DNA of 64,000 nt from Moniliella sp. 'wahieum' (lineage: Eukaryota), in contig RSEE01000061.1 in assembly GCA_003971905.1 (NCBI GenBank), forward strand, positions 62,001-126,000, written 5' to 3'. Shown one piece after another: positions 42,977 to 56,600 of the stretch (within the stretch, counting starts at the first letter, position 1; every line of letters starts with the position of its first letter). Under the pieces are notes generated by a model. It worked only from the letters and a program-made list of their open reading frames with translations. It ran no database searches and was not told the origin of the DNA. A program made the translations under genes and the position numbers.

Positions 42977-44279
42977 GGCGATGGGATGGGATGGGTGGCG
43001 GTGCTAGAAGCAATGCGTAGGGGAACCAGCTGCAGAGTGCTCCTTGTGCGCGGTGGGACCGGGCTGAAGCGACTCGGTCTTGCGACTGAGCAGCGGTGGA
43101 TGGGGGGAGGGGTGGTGGGGGAGCGGCTCGCAGCGGGCAGGCGCCCCCAAGGGCAGCAGCAAAGGCAGGCGCCACTGGGGCAGTGACCCACGCGGAAGCA
43201 TTTTTTTTCTTCCGCCCAGCGGAACGCAGAGAAACGGCACCTGATCCATTAGCTCAGCCCGCCCGCCAGCGCTTTCACTGCAGGAACGAGCGTCCAACCT
43301 CGACCCAACCCACGATGATCTGATCGCCTTGGCCACGAACAGCTGGCCTCAACGCTGGCCGATCCCCTGCCACGGTCTCGGCAGGCCTCCCTTTCGGTGG
43401 TGGCAGGAGCGCAACCCTCAACCCAGGATGATGTGGTTTTCGTCGGTTGACGGAGGGTTACTGTGGCCCCTCCGTCTTGGTTGATGAGGATTACGCGTGG
43501 TTGAGCGCGATAAGCAATGCTGTTCCCCACAGCTCTATATACGCGTTGGAAAAAGACCTGTTTTTGGTGAGGCTCATTGAAGGTCTCGGTGTTCATGCTC
43601 GACAACGACATTACCACTGTAACCAAAGTCAATCGTATATACCTTCCTCACCTGTGAAGGTGTCCCGCACCGCGCTGGGCCTCAGTTATGCCCTTAACTG
43701 ATGGAACAGTTGAGCGTCACGGGACGTGGCATACAAGCTACTCAATGGCCATGGCTTCTTGCTTATATCATTCAGATGAGACCACGGTCGACCTGAGATC
43801 TGACCCTCCACCCCTACGCCACGGTGCATCCAGTGGTCCATCCCCGATGGTAAATGTGCATATGATTCGGGCGGAGGGTTTGGCTGCTGAGGTCGATATA
43901 CTTTCGCTGCGACCAGCCCAGATGTATGCACTTCTGCCTATTGTGTGATGCTTTTGAATTACAATCCATGTTTCCTCCTGCAATGCATGTCATTATCAAG
44001 GAGTCTCATATGGGTGCTGCCTTCCTTTCCTTGATGTATCCTCTCGTGGAGCGATTGCGAGCCTTCAAGCTCCAAGCTTCATCTGCGTCTGCTTCCATGT
44101 ATATAATTCCCGTATTGTAGGGGTCACGCAATGGATGGCACCGTACTTGGTGTGATGGTGACACGAGAAATTATGTAATCCAATTGGCCCGATAAGATGG
44201 CGACGCTGGCCCAACGTGGTTGGGGCGGCATGGACGACATTCCCATTGTTTTGCTCTCCGCTTTCTTCCACCACCACCG

Positions 44280-45951
44280 ATGCTCAGTGCTAGCCTTGTT
44301 GCATTTGCGCTGCCTTCGTCGGTGTACTCGCGGAGAGAGAGCAGGTTCGCGTGCTGCCTCTTTCTTCCGTTGAGGGAGAAACCAATGCGCTCGCCTGGCA
44401 GACTCAGGAAGCTTGTGCCCGCCCCCTCCGCCTCAGCACCCACCCTGCCTGGGACGCCTCCAACCAGCAGCAGCACTGGTACACCACCATTTTTGGAGAA
44501 GATGGATGCACGCAGAAGGGCATGCAACATGTCCAATCGAACGTCAGGCTCATATCGACCGAGAAGACACCCTTTTTTGGGTCTCGCAAACGGCTGTCGC
44601 ACAGCCAGACGCGTGCCCTTGGTTTGCGCGTCTGTACCACTCCCTCATCCCGAAGGCGAAGCGGATTCTTTTGGATTGGACGTTTCGTGTATGCATGAAA
44701 CCGGTGATGCGGCCGCGCTTCGTGTACAGCAGCGCCGTGCTACCGGGAGCGCGTCAGTGGTCCATGCCCTTACCGCCGAGGGGATCAGTGAACTGCCCCA
44801 GATTGTGCTGTTGACCTCGGAGTATGCATTGCTTTCCTCCCCCCCACGCGAGAGGGACAACATGCGAGCGCCAACATTGATCGCTTCCTTCCGTACGACA
44901 CGCATGTTGCTCGGATTCAGGCGCGCCCCCTGTGATTCCCTTTCAAGACAAGCCCGAGCCCACCTTCCCACGGCCCGAGTACGACCCAGTGGTGGCCAAG
45001 CTGCTGAATGATTCCGAGCTGTCTGTGCCGAGGATCAAGGAGGTGGTCAAGATTCTCTCCGGTGAGGCCCAGAGCACAGTGCTAAAGCAAGGCTTCAAAA
45101 ATGGCACACCCGTCACTCTGGCACTTGGGGGGCTCGTCATGCAGCTGAGTGGATTAAAGGTATGTGGATTGGGTTCATTAAAAGCAGGATCTAACTTTCT
45201 GAGGTAGCCGATGTGGAAGCCTCGCTCGTTTCTCTCCCCGGGGCCAACTGTGACCTGTGGGAGTACAACACGTATTACGCACCTAACGTCGTGTGCACCA
45301 TCCCCCCCGCTCCGACGGAGGAGCATGAAGGATGGGATGAAGATGAGAAGGATGGCGAAGTTCTTCTCTCGGCACACTATGACAGCCGGGGCACGTTCGG
45401 TGAACTCACGCTCCCGGTGCTGATGATGATGGGAGCGGAACCACCGCTTTGATCGTCCTGGCACGGGTTCTGGGTAACTTTGGTGTCCGCTTCCGTCGCC
45501 TGTGCGGATTGTCTTCTTTAGTGGAGAAGAGCAAGGTCTGTTGGGCTCGCAAGCGTATGCTGCCCACCTCAAACAAACCGAGGCCAAGGTCCACCTCCAA
45601 TTCCAGCTGGACATGATTGCGTACCGTGTGGAGGGAGAACCGCGGCAAATCGCGTTCCCGGATAAGCTCAGCACCCGTTCGGTTACGCAACACGTGGTTG
45701 CTTTGACGCAGATCTACGTACCCGAGCTTGTCCCTGGCTTCACACCGGCGTGCTGCTCAGACCACCAGAGTTTCTGGGAGGCAGGCTATCCTGCCAGCTG
45801 GGCCTTTGAGCGCAACGGGCCCATCCGTGACCCATTTTACCACAACTCTGGCGACTTGGCGGCCCGGCCAGGATACGACTTTGTCCAGCTTCAGCTGATT
45901 ACCAAGGTCATCTTGGCTACGCTCCTTACGCGTGCTGAGTTTTACCTGTGA
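44280..45951 (+). CDS. Secreted M28-family zinc aminopeptidase, frameshifted
   Basis: Hydrophobic N-terminus; SAHYDSRG, GADDDGSG, FSGEEQGLLGS, QLDMIAY, CCSDHQSF and YHNSGD zinc-ligand motifs. Confidence 0.88.
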
Positions 45952-47020
45952 TCGATGCGCATGGCAGGGACTAAGCTCAGGTTCGTCAAGTCACGGCTCA
46001 GTGATTCGCGTGGAGCCACAATCTACCAAAATCCCGCTCGATGCCTCCCCCGCCTCTGCATAGCATCGAAGGCAGTAGACATGCTCAATCAAGCAAGTAG
46101 GAGGTAGGACTGGCCATGGAGTAAGTCACTAGCTACTAGTCACTACTCAGTTCTCACTAGTCACTGCTCGTATTATTGAACCAAGATGCAGCAGACGCTG
46201 TTCTGTGTGTACCAAACGGTGTGTGTTGGCGAGACGGGCGTCTTTCGAGCCATGTTCCGGGGTCGTACAGCATACAATACGTTGGTGCTCAGAAGGCCTA
46301 AGGTCTAAGGCCTATAGACATCTAACGACCTAAGGCCTAAGGTTAGGCCTAACATACCAAGGTTAGGCCTAACATAATAGACGTGGACTAGTGGACTTGT
46401 AAAACCTAAGTCCAGGCAGCAGGGCGCTCGCCTACCAGTCACTAGTCATCCTTAAGGTGGGGGCGATCATCGGTCGCATGGTCCAGCCGGTGTGACTGTC
46501 ACGTGCAGCAGAGAGAGCGGACGGGGCTGGCCGAAGGCAGGGGTGGGGCCATTCGTACATGCTGCTGTGCGGCTGAGGCGGTGCAGGTGGCTGCGACTGG
46601 CGCTGTGCGTGGGCCAGCAGGGCGCCACTCACGTCCACGTGGTCGGATTTCCCGGGTCTGCGGCTGATCCAGTGCGCCCGCACAGCACTGCGCCAGTCGT
46701 GCAGCTGCAGCGCCAAGGCCCCGGCCAGCATCTCTGCGGCCTCGGCGTTCTGCGTCGGACAGGCGCAGGTGCTGCGTTGTGCTGCCAGCCCCTGCCCCCA
46801 GGTTTCACCCACAACCGCACTCCCCCCTTGCGCCTCCCCACCAATCCCCTCCACCACCAATCCCCTCCATCCCGTCGCTGCGCGAACCACGTCACCCTCG
46901 CTTGAGTGCAGGCACACTCTCTCTGGCCCGCCCGCCCTCTCACCATCTCTTGCGCCGTGCGCCCGCTTTCCACCCGCCTCCCACGGCCCTCCCACCCTCT
47001 TTCCCACTTTTCGTGCCGTA

Positions 47021-47851
47021 ATGGTCTCCCTCTCGCGCGCTCTCTTCGCCGCATCTGTGGCCATCGCCGCTGCTGTCGGCACCCAGGCCTCGATGCAGCA
47101 CGACGCCGCACTTGCCCCGCAAGCTCGTGCATTTGGCGTGCCAAACAACCACCCGCGTCTCGTCTCCCGCTTTGGCAACATGCATCAGCGCCGCACGCGC
47201 AAGTGCCGTCCCAAAGCAGCAGCCTCAGCCGAGCCTGCGCCCTCCCAGCAGCTACTCTCACACGACCCAAGGGAGCCACCACCCGTCGCACCATAGCCAC
47301 GCCCATTCTTCTAAGGCCCCGACTTCGTCTTCAGCCAGCTCGCCGGCTATCCCGTCGCCTCACCCGTCGCCTCGTCCGTCGCATCATCACTCATCTTCCA
47401 GCTCGTCTTCGTCCTCCGAAGCGACTTCTAAGAAAGGGGGCGATCACGCCGCGCAGAGCTGTCGGCTGCACCATGCACCTGCCCCTGCCCCTTCATCTTC
47501 ACATCAGGCGGCATCGGCGGCGTGTTGGCAGGAGCCGCATCGGGCTCCCACACGGGTGAGCTGACGTACTACGCTACCGGTCTTGGTGCTTGCGGCTGGA
47601 CCAACTCGGACTCGGACTACATTGCTGCGATTGGCACTGGTCTTTGGTCCCAGTATGGGTTTAGCAACAGCAACAAACTATGTGGTCACAAGATTGCCTG
47701 ACGTACCAGGGCAAGACGATCGAGGTGACGCGAGCGATCAATGCCCCGGTTGTGGTCCTTTCGACCTCGACCTAAGCCCCTCGGCCTTCACTGCGCTTGC
47801 ATCTGAGTCGCTTGGCCGGTTGACGGGCGCGACGTGGCACTTTATTCTTAA
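47021..47851 (+). CDS. Secreted expansin-like / RlpA-type double-psi beta-barrel protein with a Ser/His-rich linker
   Basis: Signal peptide MVSLSRALFAASVAIAAAVG; GELTYYATGLGACG, DQCPGCGPFDLDLSPSAF and GRLTGATWHF. Confidence 0.85.
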
Positions 47852-49408
47852 GTGTGGACCGTTTGGACCCTGTCTGTACCCTCCTCACGTTTCTTTTTTT
47901 GTCTCCTCTTTGGGTTTCCTTTCCCATTTGCTCCGGAACGTAATGGCACGCTGGCTGGTCTAGCATTCCCCCGTGTTCAGTTTTGTTGGCCATAGCCCCT
48001 TGGGATTTACTCCACCTTGCTTTCTACCTGTTACTGTGAAAACAAAGAAAAAAGAGCATCAGACAGTTGATGGTGTACTGCGTAGCTCATTATGAGCTAT
48101 AGACGCAGTAGAGAATATTCCTGCCGTGTAAGAAGGTGACCGAAAGGAACGCTCCGAAGAGAATCTCTCGACTTGGGCAACCGGTGCCACTGTTCAAGTA
48201 AGTGTGGCATTCCAAAGCTATAACTAGGGGCACGGTGTCCCTTTTTTCGCCGTGTTGGATGAGTTGTTGGGGACTCAACACCCCCTCGGTACAAGGTCTT
48301 GCTACTCAAAGTGGCTCCCTCGCTGGTGACCGTCACACTGTGGTCCGTTGAGCCGGGTGGCTCGTATTGGCTAATGTCCCTTCAGTTCCTCCTCAGGCCT
48401 AGTAGGAATTCCGTTGTTTTCTCTCCTGTTTTTTGTTCCGTCAGCTTAGCCCTGATGGCGACTCGCTGCTTAATGTCCTCTGTAAGCATTGCTGGTTGCC
48501 ACACCACCACCACCAGTGCGACTGCATCACCCTCGAGGATCACACCAGGACTCCAGGTCTCATCATGGTCCTCTATTATACTTGAGACGGGAAGCGTGGG
48601 AAATGTTAGTGCTCTCGGTCATGATGTGCATGATGCATGATGGCGCTGACCAAGCACGACGATCATCGATCATGGCAGACCTTGGAGGACAGGGGCACGC
48701 AGGGGAAATCGGCCGAACGTTAGTCCGGTGGGAAAGAAGTCACGAGAACAGATGGCGGTAAGTGCCCGCTTGCACAAAAAAAAGCGCCTGACCTAGATTT
48801 TGGACGGGCGACCCCTTCAGGGAATGAGGCCGGGGTTGGGGGACGTCTGTGTGGATCAGCGTTTGGGGTTGGAAAGTTGTATGGTTCACATCGGAAAAAG
48901 GCAGGGCTATGTTCGATCTTATTGATATCCCTTTTTGTTACGGCACAGCGTATGGTACGCATGCATTCCGCGCTATATAGCCATGCCGAACCACGCCGCT
49001 ACAGCCCAGGGACACATGGACTCGGAAAGGCCCGATTAAATGCGCGGTCAAACTGAGTCGTCGCGTCACCATCATCACTTTTCTGTCCACGCCACCGGCT
49101 GAACTGAACGGGAGCCGGATATGTGGGCCAGAAACGGGGCAATGATTTATCGGTTGTGTACACAGCCTCTCAGGGGTACACCATAGTAGTGTCCACTGTC
49201 AGCTGTGCATCACACGCAGCAGCCCCATAGTTATATTAAGGGCCAAATAGTAATGCCGCCATTTCTTCTTGCTCCTCTCACTTCATCCTACTGCCACCAC
49301 CACCAGTCTACCTTCCCTGTATCTACCACAGGCAAGTCTCTTCCCGCGTGTAAATATACGGTACTGTGGTCTAACTCTACTGTCTTTGTCTCCCCACTAG
49401 CTGCTGCA

Positions 49409-49538
49409 ATGCCTGCTGCTGTCAACCCGAACGACTTTGGTACGATGGTGCCCTCGGTGCAAGTTTGTCACCACCTCCTATGACTGCATCTGCGCTTGTG
49501 GCAAAATCACAGGCCCCGTGCATTCCAAAAAGACCTAG
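49409..49538 (+). CDS. Candidate small Cys-rich protein (needs a 1-nt correction)
   Basis: TATA-like sequence near 49232, CT-rich leader, intron-like 49332-49400 (GCAAGT...CTAAC...TAG), ATG at 49409, and a CxxC...CxCxC segment in an adjacent frame. Confidence 0.3.
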
Positions 49539-51656
49539 GCGTCCACGAAGTACTGTGAGCACTGAGCTCATCCCCATCTCGCTCACTCCACATCCTTGCC
49601 CTTCCTGCTTCCGAAATGCTCCCGTTTCGTCTGGCATGTTTGGGACGTTGCGCGATTGGTCCTGTACCAATTTGGCGGCCGGGGTATAAACCGTGCTCCT
49701 CTTTTTTCCTTGGCTATCGTTATGCACAGTGCCTGGCCCCCGCTTCGCCCCCTACCTCTATCCGTTTCCGGTCAATGTTACTGAGAATTGATGCGATGAA
49801 GATGGAGAGGAATGTGAATCACATCCCCACTGTTTCTTCTATCTATTCATGTGCAAAACAACAAGATAGACGCAAAGCAGCTCGCTACGCATATAGACTG
49901 ACGAATATAGGTATAGTAAACGAGCAGGTATGCAAGAGAACACCGACATGAAGATTCCAAAAAAGTGGATGACAAAATGGCAAAAGGCTTCCTCTTCATG
50001 GTTCATCACGGCCATCAGCGAGATTTACTGAAGAGCATCTCACAAATATCACCGCGTTCTCGGGGAGAGCACGAACTGTCGTTTCCAAACTGGATGTATT
50101 GCGCGAGAAGGGCTACGAATGAACGAGATGATGGCGTGTGAGCGATGAACATCAGCCATCCCCAATGAAAACCTTTTCTTAATTAAGACTCTTCTTCCAG
50201 CGCTCAATAAGCAGCCATCTTCGGGAAAGAGGCCACACACAGAAGAGTGTGAGCGCGGAGCGGATCCTATCTGTCTTGACTGTTTTTTGCACACACAGTC
50301 GGCGAAACCCGAGAACGTGACAGCCCAGTCACCTTGAATCCGGGTCATGATCGCATCTCCCGAGGAACAGCCATCAAGCTCCATGAGCAACATTGCTAGT
50401 ATTCCTGCCACATGCAAGAGCCCGTCGGCAAAATCGCATTGATCAAACTCAGAGACTCTCGCCTGGCTTGGCGTCCCCGGGGGTGGGGCCCCTTTCTTGA
50501 TCCGTGCATGAGCACATAGTGTACTGTCGATCTTGCTGGATGTGAGAGCAAATCAACAACGCATCAAACTTGCCATTAATATCGTATAGGATCACTATAC
50601 TAGGACAAAAGGGCAAAAGGATGTTTTGGGTATTATAATGTAACACCCGCAGCACAGAACTGGGGGGACAAAAACCATTTCGGGGGTACAAAAGTTTTCT
50701 AAAAGGAGTGTTATTGTGTTACCACACCAACATCCGGGAAGGGGATGTTGGCCACAAACCCAAATATTCGTAACCACGTAGTCGAGACTTAGATCTATGA
50801 TCGAGGAGAGGCGATATGGAACCAAGTTATTGACTGGAATATTTGTGGGGGATTTACCGCCGGCTAATCAACCACTCAAGCTCGCCAGGTACGAGATTCC
50901 CAGATTTCATATTTCAGACCTCGGCGGAACACTAAGTACTAACTATGCAAAGGGCTAGAGAGAGAAGTTAATAAAAAGGGCACGATGTATTGTTTGAGTG
51001 GCGAGAGGGCGGTTACGCGGTCACGCGTGTGGGCGCGACCGGCGGCTATGGGGAGAATCAGTCCAACAAGGGACGCATACTGCATGTGATCGATGTACAC
51101 TGTATACAACCAATGGGCGAATCGCATCGCAAATTACTACCGAAATCTTATCGGTCTTATCTCTTCGATTATCCTCGCTATCGCCGAACAAGATATGGCG
51201 GTGATTGGATATTGACAGTGGCTTGTGTGGCCATGTGTGACATCTGTAAAAACACTCTCTGGGCTTGCGCGCTTGCGTACCTATGCCACGCCTATTATCG
51301 ATTACCGAGATAACCAAACTTGCGCTCCCAGATCTCATGCGCCAGACCAGAGGCGCCACTCTGGACTGCATTTGCAGCACTGTCTTATACATCGAGATAT
51401 GCGCTCTTCCGACTAGGGTACTTTTACAGTACATCCACTTCTCCGTCTAACAGCCGAGGCCCGCATAAGCCTCGCTCTCTCTCCACATCTCTTCCACACA
51501 ATGACAGTAGGAACGAGAGAACCGAATCAACCACACTTTATTGCGCCCCTGCTTTGTTATCTGTGACGCTGATCCCTGATATCATAACCGATCTATAAAG
51601 AGGTACGTTCACAACCATTAGTACTTAGCCTCTTTCACTTCTCCAGCATCACCCCA

Positions 51657-53493
51657 ATGTCCGCTCTCCCAACTTCTCTAGGCGACGACGACGTCCCCAA
51701 CTCGTGGTCCGCCCCGAGTCTCCGCTCAAGAAAAAGGATGGTTACGATGTCGCCTCTGATAAGGACATTGATCACAAGGAAGATGCGGAGAAGTCTGTTG
51801 GCTTCCCCAATGAACTCCCGTCGGTCGCAGGATCGCAACTTGATCTGACCGAAGGCCTCGAGGGCCGCGTCGAATATATCCGCAAGGCTCATCTGCTCAA
51901 CAAAGTCATGAGCGAGCACATTGGAATGGGTTATTTTCAGTGGCAAATGTTTGGCCTCTGTGGAGTCGGATGGTGGCTTGACAACGTCTGGCTCCAGGGA
52001 GTAGCGATCATTCTAAGCCAGGTATCCATTGAGTTTGGGTTTGTGCATTACCAATTCTTGACTTTGTCCCTTTACGTTGGCCTTTTTCTCGGGGCCCTTA
52101 TCTGGGCATCCTGGCCGACGTTGTTGGCCGACGCCTTTCATTCAACGCTACCCTTTTTTTGGCTGGTATCTTTGGTATTTGCGCCGGCGCTGCAAACAAT
52201 TCCGTTACTTTGTGCTCCCTGGTCGCTTGCATGGCCCTTGGGCTGGGCGGAAACTTGCCTGTGGATGGATGCTCCTAATCGAGGTGCTTCCTTCAGGAAG
52301 GCAAAGCCTACTTGCAGTCTTGGCCATCTTCTGGGCAGTCGGTCAAGTGGTGGCCTCGCTCATTGCTTGGCCTTTGATTGCCAATTATACTTGTGATGGC
52401 TCCAACCTTCCCGCGGCCAAGGCGGCTGGGCAACCCCCATGCCTCAAAAAGGACAACTGGGGCTGGCGCTACACGTACTTTTCCTATGGAGCAATCACAC
52501 TTGCCTGCTTCTTCGCGCGCTTTCTACTGAAAATTCCCGAGTCGCCCAAGTTCCTTGTATCCAAAGGCCGTGACTCAGCTGCAGTGGCGTCAATGCAGGA
52601 GATTGCCCGTCGCAACGGAAAAGATCTTCCGGAGGATGTCTTGTCAGTGCGCCTGTTGCGCGAGGTGGCGGGAGAAGATCCAGAAGGAAAGTCTGAGGGT
52701 GACACTTTTGACGGACAAGACCGAGGTGGCTGGTCTACTATGTTTGTGGGGATCAGTTGGAGCACCTTCCGTCCGAGCATGGCACACTTATTCCACTTTT
52801 CCAAGGTGTAAGGATGGCCTACACCATGTCGGCCTTGATTCTAACATGGGCTCTTTGCGGGATTGCAGCACCCCTCTTTTCGTCCTACTTGCCCGAATAT
52901 CTTTCTTCACACTACAAGACCGGAGGGGCGAGCTCAGTCGATCTCACATACCGCAACTATGTTATCGTGTCGGTATGCGCCCTTCCGGGTTCCTTCTTGG
53001 GCGCTTTTGCGGCCGAACTTCCGTTAGTCGGGCGCAAAGGCAGCTTGGCCCTCGGCTTCTTCCTCTCGGGTATATTCATGTTCGCCTTTACTACGGCCAA
53101 GACATCTAGTTCCAATTTGGCGTTCAGTTGTGTGGTCGCTTTTACCCAACAGATCATGTACGCCGTTCTTTACCTCTTGCCGCCCGAGTTGATCCCGGCT
53201 CCTCACCGCGGTACCGGCGACGCTCTCTGTGCTGCTGCCAACCGTCTATGCGGGATAATATCGCCTCTCATTGCCATCTATTCGAAGAATGTATCGGCGC
53301 CTCTCTTCACTGCTGCTGGTATGGTACGTCGGCCTCCTCTTCTCTACACCCTCTGTATCGCACCCCGGCGTCCTATGTTTGTTTTCCCCATCCTACTCTT
53401 ATCTGACTGGATTGTTATGCTCTGCAGTTTATGTTCAGCGGTTTGTTGGTGTGCACTTACCCGATCGAGACGCGGGGACGCTCGGCTCTGTAA
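51657..53493 (+). CDS. Major facilitator superfamily transporter (SV2/SVOP-like sugar porter relative); last intron ~53323-53427
   Basis: IGMGYFQWQMF, GWWLDNVW, ADVVGRRLSFN, GGNLPVD, NWGWRY, IPESPKFL, ELPLVGRKG, PELIPAPHRGTG and PIETRG. Confidence 0.9.
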
Positions 53494-54188
53494 AAAACGA
53501 AGACTTGCAACCGGGGACAATGACGATTAATGAACAGCGACGATGGTGTTGACGATAATAAAACATTGGTCATTTTTGTGCTTTCCGCATCTCTTGTATG
53601 AAAGCAGGTATACCAGAGAGAAGTAAAAATCCCCAGAAACAGCTCATCACAGTCTCAATAGAATGCGAGTATATTCAACGCCCACGTCGCACATAATGCC
53701 ACTCTCGGAAGGGGTATATATATGGCCGCAATGAGGGGACAACCAAAATATATTTGTTTTGTGCTCTCTTCCCTCCTACCTCTCTCTATAGTGTTGGAAA
53801 CCGGCTATCTCTATCGAGGTCGATGCACCCCACAGAGCGCACAGGTGGATATCTGGGCAGGTATAACACCGTCTTTTGCCCTCTCGGGCCCCCTTTGTCC
53901 TTCCCGCCGGGCACCTATTCATACAACAGCACAGCAAAATGCCAGAACCATATGGAACCAAGATCGATCATCGATCATCATTCACCGGTCATCGATCATC
54001 CATGAATCGCCAGTGAGACGTGCATACGTAAGCCCCGCCACCCCACCAGAGCTCCGCCATCCCAGGCCGCTGGCTCCGCCGCCCGCAAGTCGAAAGTCCC
54101 CGCCACCCGAGCGGAGCCGCTCCCCTCGTCGACCTGGCGCGCATTCACTCGCCACCATCGCCCCTCGCCACCATACCACGTGCTGGCC

Positions 54189-56600
54189 ATGAGCAGCCCC
54201 ATATCGCCTGCCCAGGCCAGCAGCGTTCCACCCTCGCTGGACGACTGGGACGCACGCTCTGTTGCCCGCTGGCTCGACAGCCTCAAGCTGGGCCAGCATG
54301 CCCGCGCCTTTGCCGAGCACGGCGTCACCGGCTCTGTTCTACCGCTTGTTGACGATGAGGCCCTTGCCGACATGGGCGTGCGTAGCGTTGGACAACGCAT
54401 CGCTCTTCTGAATGCCATCTATGCGCTCAAGAAGAAATACGGTATCCCCATCCGCGCCAACCAGGACTACGTCCCTGCCTCCTTTGGTGTGCCTGACCAA
54501 CCGCAAGAACCATACCCTGCTTCTCCTCGGCCCGGGCAGGACGACCCGCGGATTGCCGCGCTCGAGTTGCATGTGGCCTCCCTCTCCGCTACGCTCAAAG
54601 CTCTGCAGCGCATGGTTGCACCCACTACCCCTGTGCCCCCGTTGGCGGCGCCCTGTGCGAGCTGTGGGCGATACGCGTGCACCTGCCCCTCTTCTACCCC
54701 ACTCTCGGCACCTGCCGGGCCCAGTGTACATGGCCAAGTCTCCCACCCGGTGCCCCGACGGAGGAAACCTCCCATGTCCCCACAGCCTCCTGCCTCCCCT
54801 ACCTCCCCCGCCAGCCCACCGCATAGTGCCTCCAGTGCGCCTCCCGGACCTTTACGTTCCCAGTTCTGCCCCTGGTTCGGCCCCGCTGCCTTCCCAGGTT
54901 TCACTCTCCCAGCCGGATGCCGCCGCCAGCCCTAGAACTGCATCGGCTAGTAGTCCAATATCCCTGGTCGATGGAAACAAGGAATCCAAGGTCAAAGAGG
55001 AGGATAAGGGTCTGGCCGATCCCTCTCGCCCCTCTGACGCAAACCCAAGCCAACCCGACCTTCCTCCCACGTCACCCAGCTTTGCTAACGATCCAGCAGA
55101 ACATAACAAGGTCGATGCGATGGCTCCCACAGCAGATTCGTCGGCCTCTGGATCAGGTACGCTGGCGAGCCGGTCGAGTGGGCGGGGCAGTGTATACAAG
55201 TCCTTCCGCGTCACGATGGAGGATCCGACGGACAAGGTTTTACCTGCAGCCCTTAAAAAGTACAAGATTGTGGACGATTGGAAGCAGTATGTGCTCTTCA
55301 TTTGCTACCACAGTGTACCTGGGACCAGCGGGGCTGGCGATCAAGAACGGTGTATGTCGTTGGACGAACGGCCACTGCTCCTATTCCAAAAGCTGCGTGA
55401 CCAGAATCAAAACCCTGTCTTTATGCTCCGTCACATCCGCGACATTAAGAGCCCCGAGGCGATCGCAAGGGGCAAGGCTCAAGCAGCTCAAGCAGCACGG
55501 GAGCAACTAAATGAAGCGCGTAAGCGGGCCCTAACAGAGGGCACCGCCATTGACTCGGCGGCTTCATTCTTGACTACCGAGGATGAGGCCCCTCCTCCTG
55601 TAATGCAGAGCCTTGTCGCGGCTCGGAGGGAGTGGATCATTGCCTCGCGTATGGGCCTCAACCCGCCTATTGGCAGCGAAGACGCCAATCTTTGACCTGG
55701 GCGGGGCCAAATGTGCATCCTGATCGGGCGGCCACAGCTCGCATGTCGGGTCCCGGCGCCAATGTATCACGTCCCTCCAACCCTACGTACGCGGTTGCCA
55801 TCTACCCGTACAGCAAAGAGCGCGCGGATGAACTGAATGTGACCGTGGGGGACTCGTACATTGTCATTTCCAAAGCCAAGGGCTGGTGGGTTGTCCAAGG
55901 TGATCCTATGGCCGATGGAACCGGGGCGTGCGACTATGATACCTCCAGCGTGCCACTTTCCTCTCTTCCAGGGCCTGGTGAGGGGGCGAGGGAATTTCCC
56001 CTGGTACGCACGACAGGTTGGGTGCCTGCAGGTTGTCTGCTCGAGATTAGCCATCCACTCTTGGGTCCCTCGGCACCGATTCGGGACTTGAAACGGATCA
56101 CCACCCTCCCTATCGCGCCTTCTCTCATCCTCAGTACCTCAACCCCAGGCATCGTCTTGATGACTTACGATGCCCAAGCTTTTGCCGCCATCGCCTCTAC
56201 CTCGCCATCCACAGGAAACAATGCCTCTTCTGCACTAGTAACGACTCCACCCCATTCTTCTGCCTCTCCGGCTCTGCTGGATGAGGGCGAACCTTGGATC
56301 TTGCCAAAGGACACTCACCTCCGAGTCTTTAAGCGATATAATCATTGGTCATATTGCGTTCAAGAGACTGGCACATTTGCACGAGGATGGGTACCAAGTT
56401 GGTGTACGTCTCATTGCTCCTCCCTCGTTGTTGTTTGGGCCTTACTGACTATTTGCAGTCATTGGGAAGGGATCAACTAAATCTCGCTCGGGAAAGGGGA
56501 CGGGTACCCAAGCTCAGGCGAGTCACACGAGCCACACCCACACCCCTTCCACACCTACCTTGAGTGCAGCGGTAATTGGTACAATAAGTGGCGCCGAGTG
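54189..56600 (+). CDS. ubc2: Ste50-family MAPK adaptor Ubc2 (SAM, RA and two SH3 domains); intron ~56404-56458
   Basis: SAM (WDARSVARWLDSLKL...MGVRSVGQRIALL), RA (YKSFRVTMEDP...ALKKYKI...DERPLLLFQKL...PVFMLRHI), SH3-1 (YAVAIYPY...GWWVV...GWVPAGCL) and SH3-2 (FKRYNHWSY...RGWVPSWFI). Confidence 0.9.

Noticed and set aside
43449..43476. 9-bp-stem hairpin GACGGAGGG...CCCTCCGTC between eIF3a and the M28 gene
   Set aside because: An isolated short stem is compatible with chance in GC-rich DNA, and no supporting element context was found.
49409..49483. Mating pheromone precursor
   Set aside because: The short ORF ends CHHLL*, not CaaX*, and no STE3 receptor or homeodomain genes are in the window.
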